A stretch of 64,000 nt of DNA from a virus (Duplodnaviria; Caudoviricetes). Made by a program: the position numbers and the translations under genes. The notes under the pieces were generated by a model that saw nothing but the letters and a program-made list of their open reading frames with translations, had not been told where the DNA came from and made no database searches. The DNA is taken from positions 1 through 64,000 of IMG/VR virus record IMGVR_UViG_2773857716_000001; one strand, written 5' to 3'. Shown piece after piece: positions 17,108 to 25,771 of this stretch. Each line of letters starts with the position of its first letter. The stretch's first letter is position 1.

Positions 17108-17422
17108 TCAGGGGGAATCACTTCCGGCGTCACCGATGCGGCCCAGATGGATGCGGATGGAGTCCGCCACCATCCACGCGCCGTGGCCGGTGTCGTAGTT
17201 GCCGAACTTGAAGTGCTTCTCCTTGCTCCGCTCGGCGATGACCTCCGCCTCGCGCAGCCCCTCACGCCGTGCCTCAGCGCGAACCTCATCGAGCAGTGCC
17301 TGCGCCTCCGCGTGGGTGTGCGTGGCGTGCAGCATGTTCGCGATCCGCTCACTGGCCGGAAGGGCCTTCTCTGCGGCGACCTTCGCTCGAACTCGGGCCT
17401 TCGCGGCTTCCCTGCTGTCCAC
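17108..17422 (-). CDS. Hypothetical protein
   Basis: AAGGAG RBS; GC3 bias. Confidence 0.65.
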   Translation of the reverse strand: MDSREAAKARVRAKVAAEKALPASERIANMLHATHTHAEAQALLDEVRAEARREGLREAEVIAERSKEKHFKFGNYDTGHGAWMVADSIRIHLGRIGDAGSDSP

Positions 17423-17454
17423 GGCGATCTCCTTCAGTGCAGGTGGATGGTGGG

Positions 17455-17685
17455 TCAGGCGGCTTTGGCGAGGACTGCGCCGACCGTCATGGGCACGACG
17501 CGGGTGCGGTACTCCGACGCGTAGACCCGGCGGCCGGCGTACGCGGACTGGTCTGCGACGTCCTTCGGGGCGGTGTCGGCGAGGAGCCGGGCTTCGACTG
17601 CGGGGACGTTGGCGTCGGGCACGCAGTACTGGGTGGCGGTGGCGACGACGTAGCCGTTGGCGTCGAGGAGTTCGACCTGGTTCAT
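17455..17685 (-). CDS. Small hypothetical protein
   Basis: GAGGAG RBS, first gene downstream of conserved promoter copy 2. Confidence 0.65.
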   Translation of the reverse strand: MNQVELLDANGYVVATATQYCVPDANVPAVEARLLADTAPKDVADQSAYAGRRVYASEYRTRVVPMTVGAVLAKAA

Positions 17686-17733
17686 GGGGTGCTCCTCACG
17701 CTTCGGGCTGTCGCCGTGTGGCCTGACATGTGA

Positions 17734-17776
17734 AGCATGACAGATTTCGAGGGTCCACACAACAGGTTCAGTGAAG
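17734..17776 (-). promoter_or_regulatory. 43-bp conserved promoter/operator module, copy 2
   Basis: 41/43 identical to 4168-4210 (reverse complement). Confidence 0.8.
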
Positions 17777-17796
17777 GTGGAGACGAACGGGCAACA

Positions 17797-17828
17797 GAAA
17801 GGCCCGCCCCCAACCGGGAACGGGCCTG
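17797..17828 (-). terminator. Intrinsic terminator after ssb
   Basis: AGGCCCG...CGGGCCT stem with a TTTC tail on the minus strand. Confidence 0.55.
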
Positions 17829-17841
17829 CCACCAGCGGCGA

Positions 17842-18330
17842 CTAGAACGGCGGATCGTCGTTCCAGCCGCCGGCCTGCGACTGACCAGACGCCGACGACG
17901 CCCACGGATCCTCAACGCTCGCCGAACCCGGCGCCTGCCGCGCCTGCTGGAACTCCTGCCGGTCCTGGCCCTGGCCGCCCGACTTCTCCACCTGCGCAGT
18001 GGCGAACCGCAGCGACGGACCGATGCTGTCCACCAACAAGGCAGCCTCCGAACGCTTCTCGCCGTTCTTCTCCCACGACTCCGTCTTCATCCGGCCGACC
18101 ACCATCACCTCCATCCCGCGCTGCAACGAGGCGGCAACGTTCTCCGCGGCCTGGCCGAACGCCGTGCCACGCACGAAGAACGTCGCGTCGTCGACCCACT
18201 GGCCAGACTGATCCTTCTTCCGGGAGTTGAACGCCAGGCGGACCTTCACGACCGCGCTTCCCGAGGCGCTGAACCTAAGTTCCGGATCTTCGATGAGTCG
18301 GGCAATGCCGCTCAACTGGGGCAGGGACAT
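17842..18330 (-). CDS. ssb: Single-stranded DNA-binding protein
   Basis: DPELRF..SG.AV, AENVAASLQRG.EV.V.GR, acidic C-terminus DDPPF. Confidence 0.93.
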   Translation of the reverse strand: MSLPQLSGIARLIEDPELRFSASGSAVVKVRLAFNSRKKDQSGQWVDDATFFVRGTAFGQAAENVAASLQRGMEVMVVGRMKTESWEKNGEKRSEAALLVDSIGPSLRFATAQVEKSGGQGQDRQEFQQARQAPGSASVEDPWASSASGQSQAGGWNDDPPF

Positions 18331-18341
18331 GGCGATCTCCT

Positions 18342-19136
18342 TTAGCTTGCCTGCGCTGCGGCAGGGGTTCCGCCGGCGAACTCCACACGCTGCCTCGCGG
18401 TGGGCCGGGAAGTCTTCTTCGGGCGAATCGGGCCGCCGAACTGGCGGTAGGTGTCACCGACCGCGATGGCGCTGATGGTCTTGCGGGTCACGCCGAACGA
18501 GAGACTGATCGCCTCATCCGTCTCCGTGCGCGTCGCCGCACGCCGCCGGATCTCGAGGACCTGCTCCTCCGACAGGGACACCGCGGCGTTCCCGTGCTGC
18601 GGGATCGGGAATTCCTCGCCCCGCGCCTCGGCCGCCTTGCGGGCCAGGGACACGAACTTCGACGTGGTGTTCTTCGGCAGCCGCTGGAGCTGGTCCAGCT
18701 GCAGGTAGGTGATGCCGCGCCGGGTTGCCTCCGCGATGGCCGCAATCCGCTCCGCGTCCGTCACGGTGACCGGCTTGCCGGCCAGGTACTGCTGTACGGC
18801 CGCGTCGTCGATGAAGTCGCCCTCCGCTGCGGCCTCGTCCCACACCTCCTCGGCCAGGTCTCGCAGCGTCGCGTCCGTGGCCACCTCGGGCTTCACGGGG
18901 TTGCCGTGCTCGTCGAACGTCAGCCACCCCAGCAGGGCACTCATCGGCACGTCCGGGTTCACCAGGCCCGCCAGGACCACCAGGAGGTTGTCCCGCTCGT
19001 CGGCGGTGAGGCGGGCAATGACCTGGTGAATGTCGCGCTGTCCGCCGTCGCCGTGCACCAGGGTCGTCAGCTGCCCGGCGATCGGCAGGAGCCGCTGCAC
19101 CAGGTCACCGCGCTCCTCAGCGCTCAACCCACTCAC
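18342..19136 (-). CDS. HTH DNA-binding protein
   Basis: C-terminal LSEEQVLEIRRR...ISLSFGVTRKTISAIAVG. Confidence 0.75.
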   Translation of the reverse strand: MSGLSAEERGDLVQRLLPIAGQLTTLVHGDGGQRDIHQVIARLTADERDNLLVVLAGLVNPDVPMSALLGWLTFDEHGNPVKPEVATDATLRDLAEEVWDEAAAEGDFIDDAAVQQYLAGKPVTVTDAERIAAIAEATRRGITYLQLDQLQRLPKNTTSKFVSLARKAAEARGEEFPIPQHGNAAVSLSEEQVLEIRRRAATRTETDEAISLSFGVTRKTISAIAVGDTYRQFGGPIRPKKTSRPTARQRVEFAGGTPAAAQAS

Positions 19137-19927
19137 ACCGCCACCGCCTCAGAAACGCTCGAACGGATCGGGCCGCCAACGTCGCGGTACGACACACCCG
19201 TAGCGATCGCACTGATCGTCCTACGGCAGACCCCGAGCTCCTTGGCCAGCGAGTAATCACTCGCACCAGCAGCCGATCGCCGACGGATCGCGACAACCTG
19301 CTCATCCGTGAACGGGCGCCGCTTCACCAGCAGCTCCTCCGGAACCGTCTCGCCGCGCTTGACGGCGGAGTGACGCCACTTCGCGACGTAGTCGAGCGTC
19401 GTCCGGGAAGCGAGCCCCATCTGCACGTCGATCGCGGCCCAGCCCAGGCCTTGTCTGCGGTACGCCGCGATCTGCTCGATGCGGGAATCCGGCCTCTTCG
19501 GCAGGATCCGCGACGCAAGCTTCAACGTCACGCCACCTACACCCTCACGCTCGGCGATCTCAGTCAGCGGCCGCCCCGACAGCACAGACTCCAAAGCCAG
19601 CAGCCGGGCCTCCTCGGCGTCGTACGGCCCGTACCGGCGCGACGAACGCTGCAACCAGGAACGGTCCCCCGCACCCAGGCCGGCCTTCATGCTGCTGCGC
19701 GACACGTTCCCCTGCTCCGACGTCATCGCAGACGAAAGGCACTGGGTGAACAGTGGGCATTCCAGGCAGTAGCCCCGGGCTTCCTCCTGATCGCTCGCGG
19801 AGGCTTCGTCGTCCCACAGTTGCGGGGGCTGGCGGAGGCAGTCTGGCCGGAAGGGCTTGGTGGCATCGGTTCGGGGGTGTGCGGCCTGTCCCGTAGTGCG
19901 GCCGGTGTAGACGGTCGGGGTGCTCAT
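19133..19927 (-). CDS. WhiB-like Fe-S protein fused to HTH domains
   Basis: C...EARGYCLECPLFTQC WhiB pattern; C-terminal FTDEQVVAIRRR...LAKELGVCRRTISAI. Confidence 0.75.
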   Translation of the reverse strand: MSTPTVYTGRTTGQAAHPRTDATKPFRPDCLRQPPQLWDDEASASDQEEARGYCLECPLFTQCLSSAMTSEQGNVSRSSMKAGLGAGDRSWLQRSSRRYGPYDAEEARLLALESVLSGRPLTEIAEREGVGGVTLKLASRILPKRPDSRIEQIAAYRRQGLGWAAIDVQMGLASRTTLDYVAKWRHSAVKRGETVPEELLVKRRPFTDEQVVAIRRRSAAGASDYSLAKELGVCRRTISAIATGVSYRDVGGPIRSSVSEAVAV

Positions 19928-20466
19928 TCGGGGGCTCCTGCGAGGGTGTAGAGGCGGATGATCGCGCCCGGCTGGTCGAGGGCTTCGGGGTGTTCGCCGG
20001 GGTAGACCTTGCGGATGGCGAGTTCGGTGATCTGGGAGTCGTCGCGGATGACGCCGGCTTCGGAGAGGGAGTCGAGGCAGGCGCGGGCGTGGTGGTCGAT
20101 GTCGCTGGATGATCGGGTGATGGGCCAGGTGCGGCGCCGCTTCGGTGCGCTCTTCGGCTTGGGGACGGTGATGGTGATCTCTACGGCGGTGGGGGTGTTG
20201 GCGTAGAGGCCGTGTTGGTCTTTGGCTACTCGGCAGGTGAGGCAGATGCCGCCCCAGTCGGTGTAGCCGTGGCATCCGGTGGTGTCGCGGGTGGCGAGGA
20301 TGATTGCTCGGCGCCAGGGCTTGAGGCGTTTTTCGTTGGTGTGGCGGGCTCCGCGGCCTTTGCCGTTGAAGCTGATGGCTCCTTGGCCGGCGGGTTCGCC
20401 GTGGATGACGATGGCGGCTCGGTGGTCCCAGGTGGGTGCCGTGGGCTCGGGGGCGGTGAGGGTCAC
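19924..20466 (-). CDS. rusA: RusA-like Holliday junction resolvase
   Basis: GEPAGQG, DIDHHARACLDSL...IRDDSQI. Confidence 0.82.
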   Translation of the reverse strand: MTLTAPEPTAPTWDHRAAIVIHGEPAGQGAISFNGKGRGARHTNEKRLKPWRRAIILATRDTTGCHGYTDWGGICLTCRVAKDQHGLYANTPTAVEITITVPKPKSAPKRRRTWPITRSSSDIDHHARACLDSLSEAGVIRDDSQITELAIRKVYPGEHPEALDQPGAIIRLYTLAGAPE

Positions 20467-20801
20467 TGGTCGGTCCCGAGGATCTGGCAAGCGACGGCCA
20501 GTGCGTGATGGTTGGCCCCGATCTGTTCGGCGTCCTCGGCGGCACTGGCAAGCCAGTCGGCGAGCGCCAAGCCGAGAGCAGGCCCCATGGTGGCGATGTA
20601 CTGGTTGACGTCTTCGAGGTGGGAGGCCCAGGTTTCAATCAGGACGCCGGGTCGCTCGGGGTGGTCGAGGACGACTGCGGAGAGGCTTCCCTTGGTGTGG
20701 CCGGGTGCCCAGGTGGTCCGGTCTTCGTAGGTGGCACCGTTTGCGAGGGCGCGGAGCTTGTCGGCTGCGGCGCGGAGAGTGTCGGCAGGGTTGGTGGTCA
20801 T
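20463..20801 (-). CDS. Hypothetical phage protein
   Basis: PADTLRAAADKLR...YIATMGPALGLALADWL. Confidence 0.7.
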   Translation of the reverse strand: MTTNPADTLRAAADKLRALANGATYEDRTTWAPGHTKGSLSAVVLDHPERPGVLIETWASHLEDVNQYIATMGPALGLALADWLASAAEDAEQIGANHHALAVACQILGTDQ

Positions 20802-21031
20802 GGGGTGCGCTCCTGGATGTATTGGTGGAGGGGTACGGGGCCGTGGGGTCCGGCGCGGAGGTGGGTGGCGTGGCCGCGGGCGTGGCCTATGTGAACGGCG
20901 CCGCAAAAGTCGCAGCGGTATTCGTCGAAGGGGCCAGCGCCTTCTCCGCGGAGTTGGCGGGCGCGGCGGCGGCCTGTTCGCCTGCTGGGGAATTCGGTCT
21001 TGAGGTAGCAGGCCACCAGGTAGGCGTTCAT
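20798..21031 (-). CDS. Small zinc-finger protein
   Basis: CYLK..F...YRCDFCGAVHIGH. Confidence 0.65.
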   Translation of the reverse strand: MNAYLVACYLKTEFPSRRTGRRRARQLRGEGAGPFDEYRCDFCGAVHIGHARGHATHLRAGPHGPVPLHQYIQERTP

Positions 21032-21219
21032 CGCGGGGCCAACCCGAGGATGATGACGGAGGTGCAGGGCCAGATGACGGGGCCGGGCCAGTCGCGCCCT
21101 TTGGTGTCGTACCTGTAGCAGCGGGCGCAGATGGCGGGGCCGGTCTGGGTGTCGCGCGGCTCATGGCCGAAGGTCTCTCCAGATGGCTTCATGCTGCGCG
21201 GGTTGTTGGCGGCGGACAC
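21028..21219 (-). CDS. Small Cys-containing hypothetical protein
   Basis: HEP...ICARC...WPCTS; coupled to neighbours. Confidence 0.6.
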   Translation of the reverse strand: MSAANNPRSMKPSGETFGHEPRDTQTGPAICARCYRYDTKGRDWPGPVIWPCTSVIILGLAPR

Positions 21220-21383
21220 GCTGCCTCCTTGGTGGGTGCGGGTAGGCCGGCGGCTTGGGCGCAGGCGATACGTGCGTCTCGGTCGTAGGCGGGGTTGTGG
21301 ATGAAGGCCGCGATGGCTGCGATGGTGTGGCGGGCGGCGGCGAGTTGGTCTTCGGTGGCGCGGAGGGCCGCGCGGTCAGTCAC
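21189..21383 (-). CDS. Small hypothetical protein
   Basis: GTG overlapping the upstream stop; GC3 bias. Confidence 0.5.
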   Translation of the reverse strand: MTDRAALRATEDQLAAARHTIAAIAAFIHNPAYDRDARIACAQAAGLPAPTKEAACPPPTTRAA

Positions 21384-21729
21384 CGCGGGCTGCCAGGGCG
21401 TGTGCTGCGGGGCCGCTCTTGCGGTAGAGGAACCGGCCGCCCTGGTCGTGGATGGCGTCGTGGAGTTCGTACACGAAGACGGCGGTGTCGATGCGGAGCT
21501 GCTCGGCGGTGCGGGTCCAGTCGGTGAGGTGCCTGATGGCCTTGGCTGCGTTGTGGGCGTGGGGCTCGTAGGTGAAGGAGCCGAGGATGAGTCCGGAGTG
21601 GTGGGAGAGAACCCAGGCGTCGCTGTCGTGGGCGCGGTGGACGTAGAGGCCGTCGGTGTCGGTGGGGTGGGCTTGGACGGGGATGGGGCCGGCGCTGGTC
21701 TGGAGGACGAGGGTGTGGGTGTCGGCCAT
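21376..21729 (-). CDS. Hypothetical protein
   Basis: AGGAG RBS; GC3 bias. Confidence 0.7.
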   Translation of the reverse strand: MADTHTLVLQTSAGPIPVQAHPTDTDGLYVHRAHDSDAWVLSHHSGLILGSFTYEPHAHNAAKAIRHLTDWTRTAEQLRIDTAVFVYELHDAIHDQGGRFLYRKSGPAAHALAARGD

Positions 21730-21793
21730 GCGGGCTCCTGGTGGCTGTGTGGGGTGCCGGGCGGTGGTGGCCGCCCGGCGGGTGGGGCTCGGG

Positions 21794-22189
21794 TCACGCG
21801 GCCGGCTCGGGCGGGCAGGCGCAGATGCAGCCGGGGAGGGTGAAGGCGGAGTCCACGTCGAGGTCGAGGTACTGGTGACGCTGCTCGGCGAGCTGGGCTT
21901 CCTTGAAGCGGAGGGCGGCCTGCTCTGCGGCCGTACGGACGGAGTAGGTGCCGTCCGGATGCCGGAGGATGGTGTCGCCGAACTTGGCGACGATCCGGGG
22001 TTGCCGGGTCTCTCCGGTTCCGATGCGGAGGCCGACGACCTGGAGATTGCCGTCGACGGTCTGCCAGTAGCCCTTGGCGTAGATGCCGTCGCGGTCGATC
22101 TGGTCGTCGATCTGGTTGAGGTTGTAGCGGCTGAGCTGCCACTCGGTGGCGACGGGGGCGGGGCGGTCGAGGGTGGTCATCACAGTCAT
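21794..22189 (-). CDS. Hypothetical protein
   Basis: GC3 bias; GGAG RBS. Confidence 0.7.
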   Translation of the reverse strand: MTVMTTLDRPAPVATEWQLSRYNLNQIDDQIDRDGIYAKGYWQTVDGNLQVVGLRIGTGETRQPRIVAKFGDTILRHPDGTYSVRTAAEQAALRFKEAQLAEQRHQYLDLDVDSAFTLPGCICACPPEPAA

Positions 22190-22226
22190 CTCCGTTGATC
22201 ACTGAGGGGTGGGTGGTGGTGCGGGT

Positions 22227-22424
22227 TCAGCGGGCGCTGTCGCGGAGGGCGGCGTTGACGGCGGTGGTGTTGAGGTAGCCGTCGGAGTAGCCCTGGGCAT
22301 AGAGCGGGTCGTACTGCTCAGCCATGGCGATGCGGGCGTGGGCTCGGCGGGAGGGGAGGCCGGTGAGGGCGGCGAGTCCGCCGTCGAGGTATCCGTCCTC
22401 GAAGGAGTTGTCGGGGGCGTTCAT
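22227..22424 (-). CDS. Small hypothetical protein
   Basis: AAGGAG RBS; FEDGYLDG / YAQGYSDGY internal repeat. Confidence 0.65.
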   Translation of the reverse strand: MNAPDNSFEDGYLDGGLAALTGLPSRRAHARIAMAEQYDPLYAQGYSDGYLNTTAVNAALRDSAR

Positions 22425-22467
22425 GTGGGGCTCCTTGGTCAGTGGAGTCATGGCAGGGCAGGGCAGG

Positions 22468-22695
22468 TCAGGTGAGGTGGTGCAGAGCCATCTGGAGCGG
22501 GCACTTGCCAGTGGGCTGGCAGCCGTCGGGCAGGTCGCTGGAATGTCTGGCGATGGCCTCAAGGTCCGGGTTGTCTTCGAGGAGCTTCTCGGCGGTGCTG
22601 TCCCCGGCGGACTGGGCCAGTCGGAACAGGAAGTCCTGGAGGATGTTGGCGCGGTAGGCGTGCAGTAGGCCGCCGTTGCAGGGCTCGTTGGTCAT
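22468..22695 (-). CDS. Small hypothetical protein
   Basis: AAGGA RBS; GC3 bias. Confidence 0.55.
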   Translation of the reverse strand: MTNEPCNGGLLHAYRANILQDFLFRLAQSAGDSTAEKLLEDNPDLEAIARHSSDLPDGCQPTGKCPLQMALHHLT

Positions 22696-22719
22696 GGGGT
22701 TCCTTGGGCCGGGGCGGGG

Positions 22720-23142
22720 TCAGGCGGCGAGGGCGGTGGCCGCGTCGAGGGTGTCGGCGGTGCGGAGGATGCGGCCGATGACCTCGTCGGTGGTGAGCAG
22801 TCGGGTCCCGAAGACCGGGATGGTGGCGGCCCAGTTGGAGACGTGCTCGATGTAGTCGGACACCACGACGCCGGGGGCGATGGGGGTGAAGCATGGGGCG
22901 CTGTCGAGGTGGTCGGACATTGCGCGGATCGCGGCCATCGCGGGGGCCGAGCACTCGATGAAGCCGATGGAGTAGTCCTCGTCGAAGGCGAAGACCTTCA
23001 GTTCCTTGCCGTGGGCGGCGACGTAGATGGCGGCGCAGATGTCGAGGCTGCCGTCGGGGGCGGCGAACTGGTCGCCGGTGTGAAGGCCGCGTTCGGTGAG
23101 GATGCGGGCGGCGTAGCGGAGGATGGCGGCGGTTTCGAGCAT
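22720..23142 (-). CDS. Hypothetical protein (DUF6197-like)
   Basis: ILRYAARILTERGL...DICAAI...W...DEVIGRILRTA. Confidence 0.7.
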   Translation of the reverse strand: MLETAAILRYAARILTERGLHTGDQFAAPDGSLDICAAIYVAAHGKELKVFAFDEDYSIGFIECSAPAMAAIRAMSDHLDSAPCFTPIAPGVVVSDYIEHVSNWAATIPVFGTRLLTTDEVIGRILRTADTLDAATALAA

Positions 23143-23276
23143 GGCTGAGCTCCTTGCGGTGTCGCGGGGTGGTGTCCGGCCCGGCCGGGGGAGCTACTGC
23201 CGCCGGGTTGGTGAGGTGGGGGCCGCCGGGTGTTCGACCGGGGCCGGGCCGGAGATGGTGGGGAGCGCCGCGCTGG

Positions 23277-23642
23277 CTAGTCGCCGAGGCTGCGGTGCTC
23301 GTCGGTGCAGGTGCCGCACTGGATGACCGGCCCGTATCCGGAATGGTCCTCGGAGCACAGGGTGGCGGCGGTGATGCGGTCGCAGTCCTCGGGGCAGTTC
23401 TCGCAGGTGCAGGCGACGAGGGTGTCGCCGGCGGGGAGCTGGATGCCGAGGAAGAGGGCGGCGGTGGCGTGGGCCAGGAGCAGTTCGGCTACGACGTTGG
23501 CGCCTTGCTCAGCAGCCGCTTCGAGGTCGGTGCTGAGGGTTTCGAGGCTGTGCCAGCCGTTCTGCTGCTGGGGGGTGAGGTCTCGGTAGGAGATCGCGGT
23601 GGCGGTGCTGGTGTGCACGGGCCTGTCCAGCGTGATGGTCAT
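23277..23642 (-). CDS. Cys-rich hypothetical protein
   Basis: First gene after promoter copy 3; CTCENCPEDC...C...CGTC. Confidence 0.7.
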   Translation of the reverse strand: MTITLDRPVHTSTATAISYRDLTPQQQNGWHSLETLSTDLEAAAEQGANVVAELLLAHATAALFLGIQLPAGDTLVACTCENCPEDCDRITAATLCSEDHSGYGPVIQCGTCTDEHRSLGD

Positions 23643-23701
23643 GTCAGCTCCAGGAGCTTGTACTCGGAGGGGCTTTGGGGCCTCTCCTTGTCGGCTCTAC
23701 G

Positions 23702-23744
23702 AGCATGACAGATTTCGAGGGTTAACACAACAGGTTCAGTGAAG
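23702..23744 (-). promoter_or_regulatory. 43-bp conserved promoter/operator module, copy 3
   Basis: 40/43 identical to 4168-4210 (reverse complement), differing only in the central 3 nt. Confidence 0.8.
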
Positions 23745-23764
23745 TTAATGTGCGCGGGCATGGC

Positions 23765-23801
23765 ACAGCCCCCGCCCTCCGAATGGAGAACAGGGGCTGT
23801 G
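23765..23801 (-). terminator. Terminator-like hairpin
   Basis: ACAGCCCC...GGGGCTGT stem just upstream of promoter copy 3. Confidence 0.5.
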
Positions 23802-23818
23802 GTGTGGCGTATTGGCTG

Positions 23819-24046
23819 CTAGGGGGCTGCGTGCAGGCGATCAGCCTCGTCCCGCTGCGCTTCGAGAATGTCGGTGAAGCTCACGTAGTCCCTCCCTCGC
23901 CTGCGGGCCACTGGGATGCCGTACCGCTTGATCCAGCGCCTCACCTTGGTCTCCGACACGGGGTGGGGCGTGGGCCTCAGGAGCTGGACTATCTCCTTCA
24001 GGGTCACGAGGTCAGCGGCGTCTACGGCGGGGAGTGGGGTTGCCAT
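23819..24046 (-). CDS. Small HTH (excisionase/MerR-like) DNA-binding protein
   Basis: LVTLKEIVQLL...VSETKVRRWIKRYGI...DYVSFTDI. Confidence 0.7.
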   Translation of the reverse strand: MATPLPAVDAADLVTLKEIVQLLRPTPHPVSETKVRRWIKRYGIPVARRRGRDYVSFTDILEAQRDEADRLHAAP

Positions 24047-24177
24047 GGCCACGAGGGGCTCCCGGTTTCGGATGGGCCGTGCGGTCGCAGCGCCGACCGG
24101 CCGAAGCGGGGTATCTCTGGTGTGGTGCGCCGCGGTTGTGGAGTCCGCGGATCGTGCGGGTGGTGCGGGCCAGCGCG

Positions 24178-24735
24178 TCAGGTGGCGGTGCGCTGGAGTG
24201 CGGCGACGCGGGCGACGTGGCGCTCGCAGATCTGCTGGAGGGACCAACGCGACGGGAGGCCCACCGTGTCGTGGCAACGCCTGTTGGCGCACAGGACGAC
24301 CCAGTCGGCGCGGCTCCACATGAGGCCCCAGCAGCGGCAGGTGGGACACGACTCGAACCGGACCACGGCGGTCACGGGGGCTGTGTCGCCCGCGTGGAGG
24401 GAGTGTTCCAGGCTCTGGCGGAGCATCAGGGCGTCGCGGACTTGCTGTTTTTCGGCGGGCAGGTGCGCGGTGACTTCCTCGGACCAGGCGTAGAAGGCCT
24501 CAGGGGTCCGGGGCGCGGGCCCGGCGGTCGGGACGGCCGTGTAGGTGTGGGCGGCCATCTCATGCACGGCGACTTCGATGTGGTCGAGGACGTCGAGGTC
24601 GATGAGCGCCGGCGAATGTGACTGAGTGGCGCGGCGTGTACTGCTGGATGGCCGTTTCGTCGGCGTGAGGTGCTCGACGCGTAGGGTGCGCAGTCGCTGT
24701 GCGGCTGTGGTGCTGTAGCTGTCGTCTCCGCCCAT
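24178..24735 (-). CDS. Hypothetical protein with CxxC zinc ribbon
   Basis: CPTCRCWGL...CANRRC. Confidence 0.7.
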   Translation of the reverse strand: MGGDDSYSTTAAQRLRTLRVEHLTPTKRPSSSTRRATQSHSPALIDLDVLDHIEVAVHEMAAHTYTAVPTAGPAPRTPEAFYAWSEEVTAHLPAEKQQVRDALMLRQSLEHSLHAGDTAPVTAVVRFESCPTCRCWGLMWSRADWVVLCANRRCHDTVGLPSRWSLQQICERHVARVAALQRTAT

Positions 24736-24951
24736 GGTCTCCCCGATCCGCAGGCGGTCCGTGTGCTGCGCTGTGGGGTGGGGGGCACCATGCGGGCGCG
24801 CGGACCGGAATGTCTCACTCCCGGCTATTTCCGGACGCCCAATAATGGCATGACTTTGTCTCGCATTGAACAAGTTGCGACTAACGATCTACGTAGCGTG
24901 GTGGGCGTTTCCGATTCGTCACAGGTGACGGCCCGCCCGGCGACTGTGCCG

Positions 24952-25227
24952 CTACAGACTGTGATTCCCCGTCAGGTGGGCGGGCACGAGAGCAGCCGCG
25001 TCGAGATAGGCCCGAAGACGACGGTGCTCCTCCTCCCCCAGCTTCCCGGTCTTGAAGGTGCCGTCCACGATGATCCGCGCTACGGCATCGACGGCCACCT
25101 CGTAGGCCGCGGCGGTCGCCGGGTCCGAAAGAGACATGCCGCGGGAGAGGTAGAGGGACTGGATGGCGATGGCGAGCCGGTCGTCGGGGCTGCCGGCCGC
25201 GGGTGGGGTGGGGGTGGCGCTGGTCAT
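24952..25227 (-). CDS. Hypothetical protein
   Basis: GAGGAGG RBS; GC3 bias. Confidence 0.6.
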   Translation of the reverse strand: MTSATPTPPAAGSPDDRLAIAIQSLYLSRGMSLSDPATAAAYEVAVDAVARIIVDGTFKTGKLGEEEHRRLRAYLDAAALVPAHLTGNHSL

Positions 25228-25707
25228 GGGCGCCTCCTCCACTGCTCGCAGGTGGCCGCGTCGGCTGGGCGGGGTGGTGAGGGCTTGGGCTGGCGGTGTG
25301 GTGCCTGCCGGCTGGCGTCCGGGCATGGGCTCTCCACTCGGGGTCCGGCGGTGGGAAGGAGGGCGCTGTGGTCGTGGAGAGGCGGGGCCGCCGGTGATCC
25401 CTGCCTGGACAAAGAGTGCCATTGGAACCCGCAGGGCGGTAAGGCAAGCCCAAGTATTGATACGGAAGTGACGAAGCACGGGGGGCGTTTCAGCCCCGTT
25501 CTGGGGGCGCACGCCTGTCGCGGCATGGGTCGGGCCCGGTCGGTGTCTAGTCGACCGGGCCCGGTGCCTCTGTACCCGCGGGACGGAGTTTTGCCGACAA
25601 CATCCCGCGGCCGCCAGAAGCGGAGACCTCACGAGCACGCGGCCCGCCAGATGCGGACAGCATAGCCCCAGACCTCTCCACGCAGGCCAGGGCATTGCCC
25701 CGAAACG

Positions 25708-25757
25708 CAAAAAGCAGCCCCGCTCCCCCACCGTGAAAGTGAGGGAACGGGGCCGCT
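25708..25757 (-). terminator. Intrinsic terminator after parB
   Basis: GCCCCG...CGGGGC stem with a T-rich tail (CTTTTTG) on the minus strand. Confidence 0.6.
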
Positions 25758-25771
25758 GGCAACCGCTTCGT

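Noticed and set aside
4168-23744. 43-bp repeats as CRISPR repeats or att sites
   Set aside because: They are dispersed kilobases apart, always oriented into genes and contain -35/-10 elements; a promoter interpretation fits better.
25440-25700. Non-coding region with hairpin GGGCCCGGTCG...CGACCGGGCCC as a possible replication origin or ncRNA
   Set aside because: No iterons or DnaA boxes recognised; more simply the promoter region for the downstream minus-strand genes.
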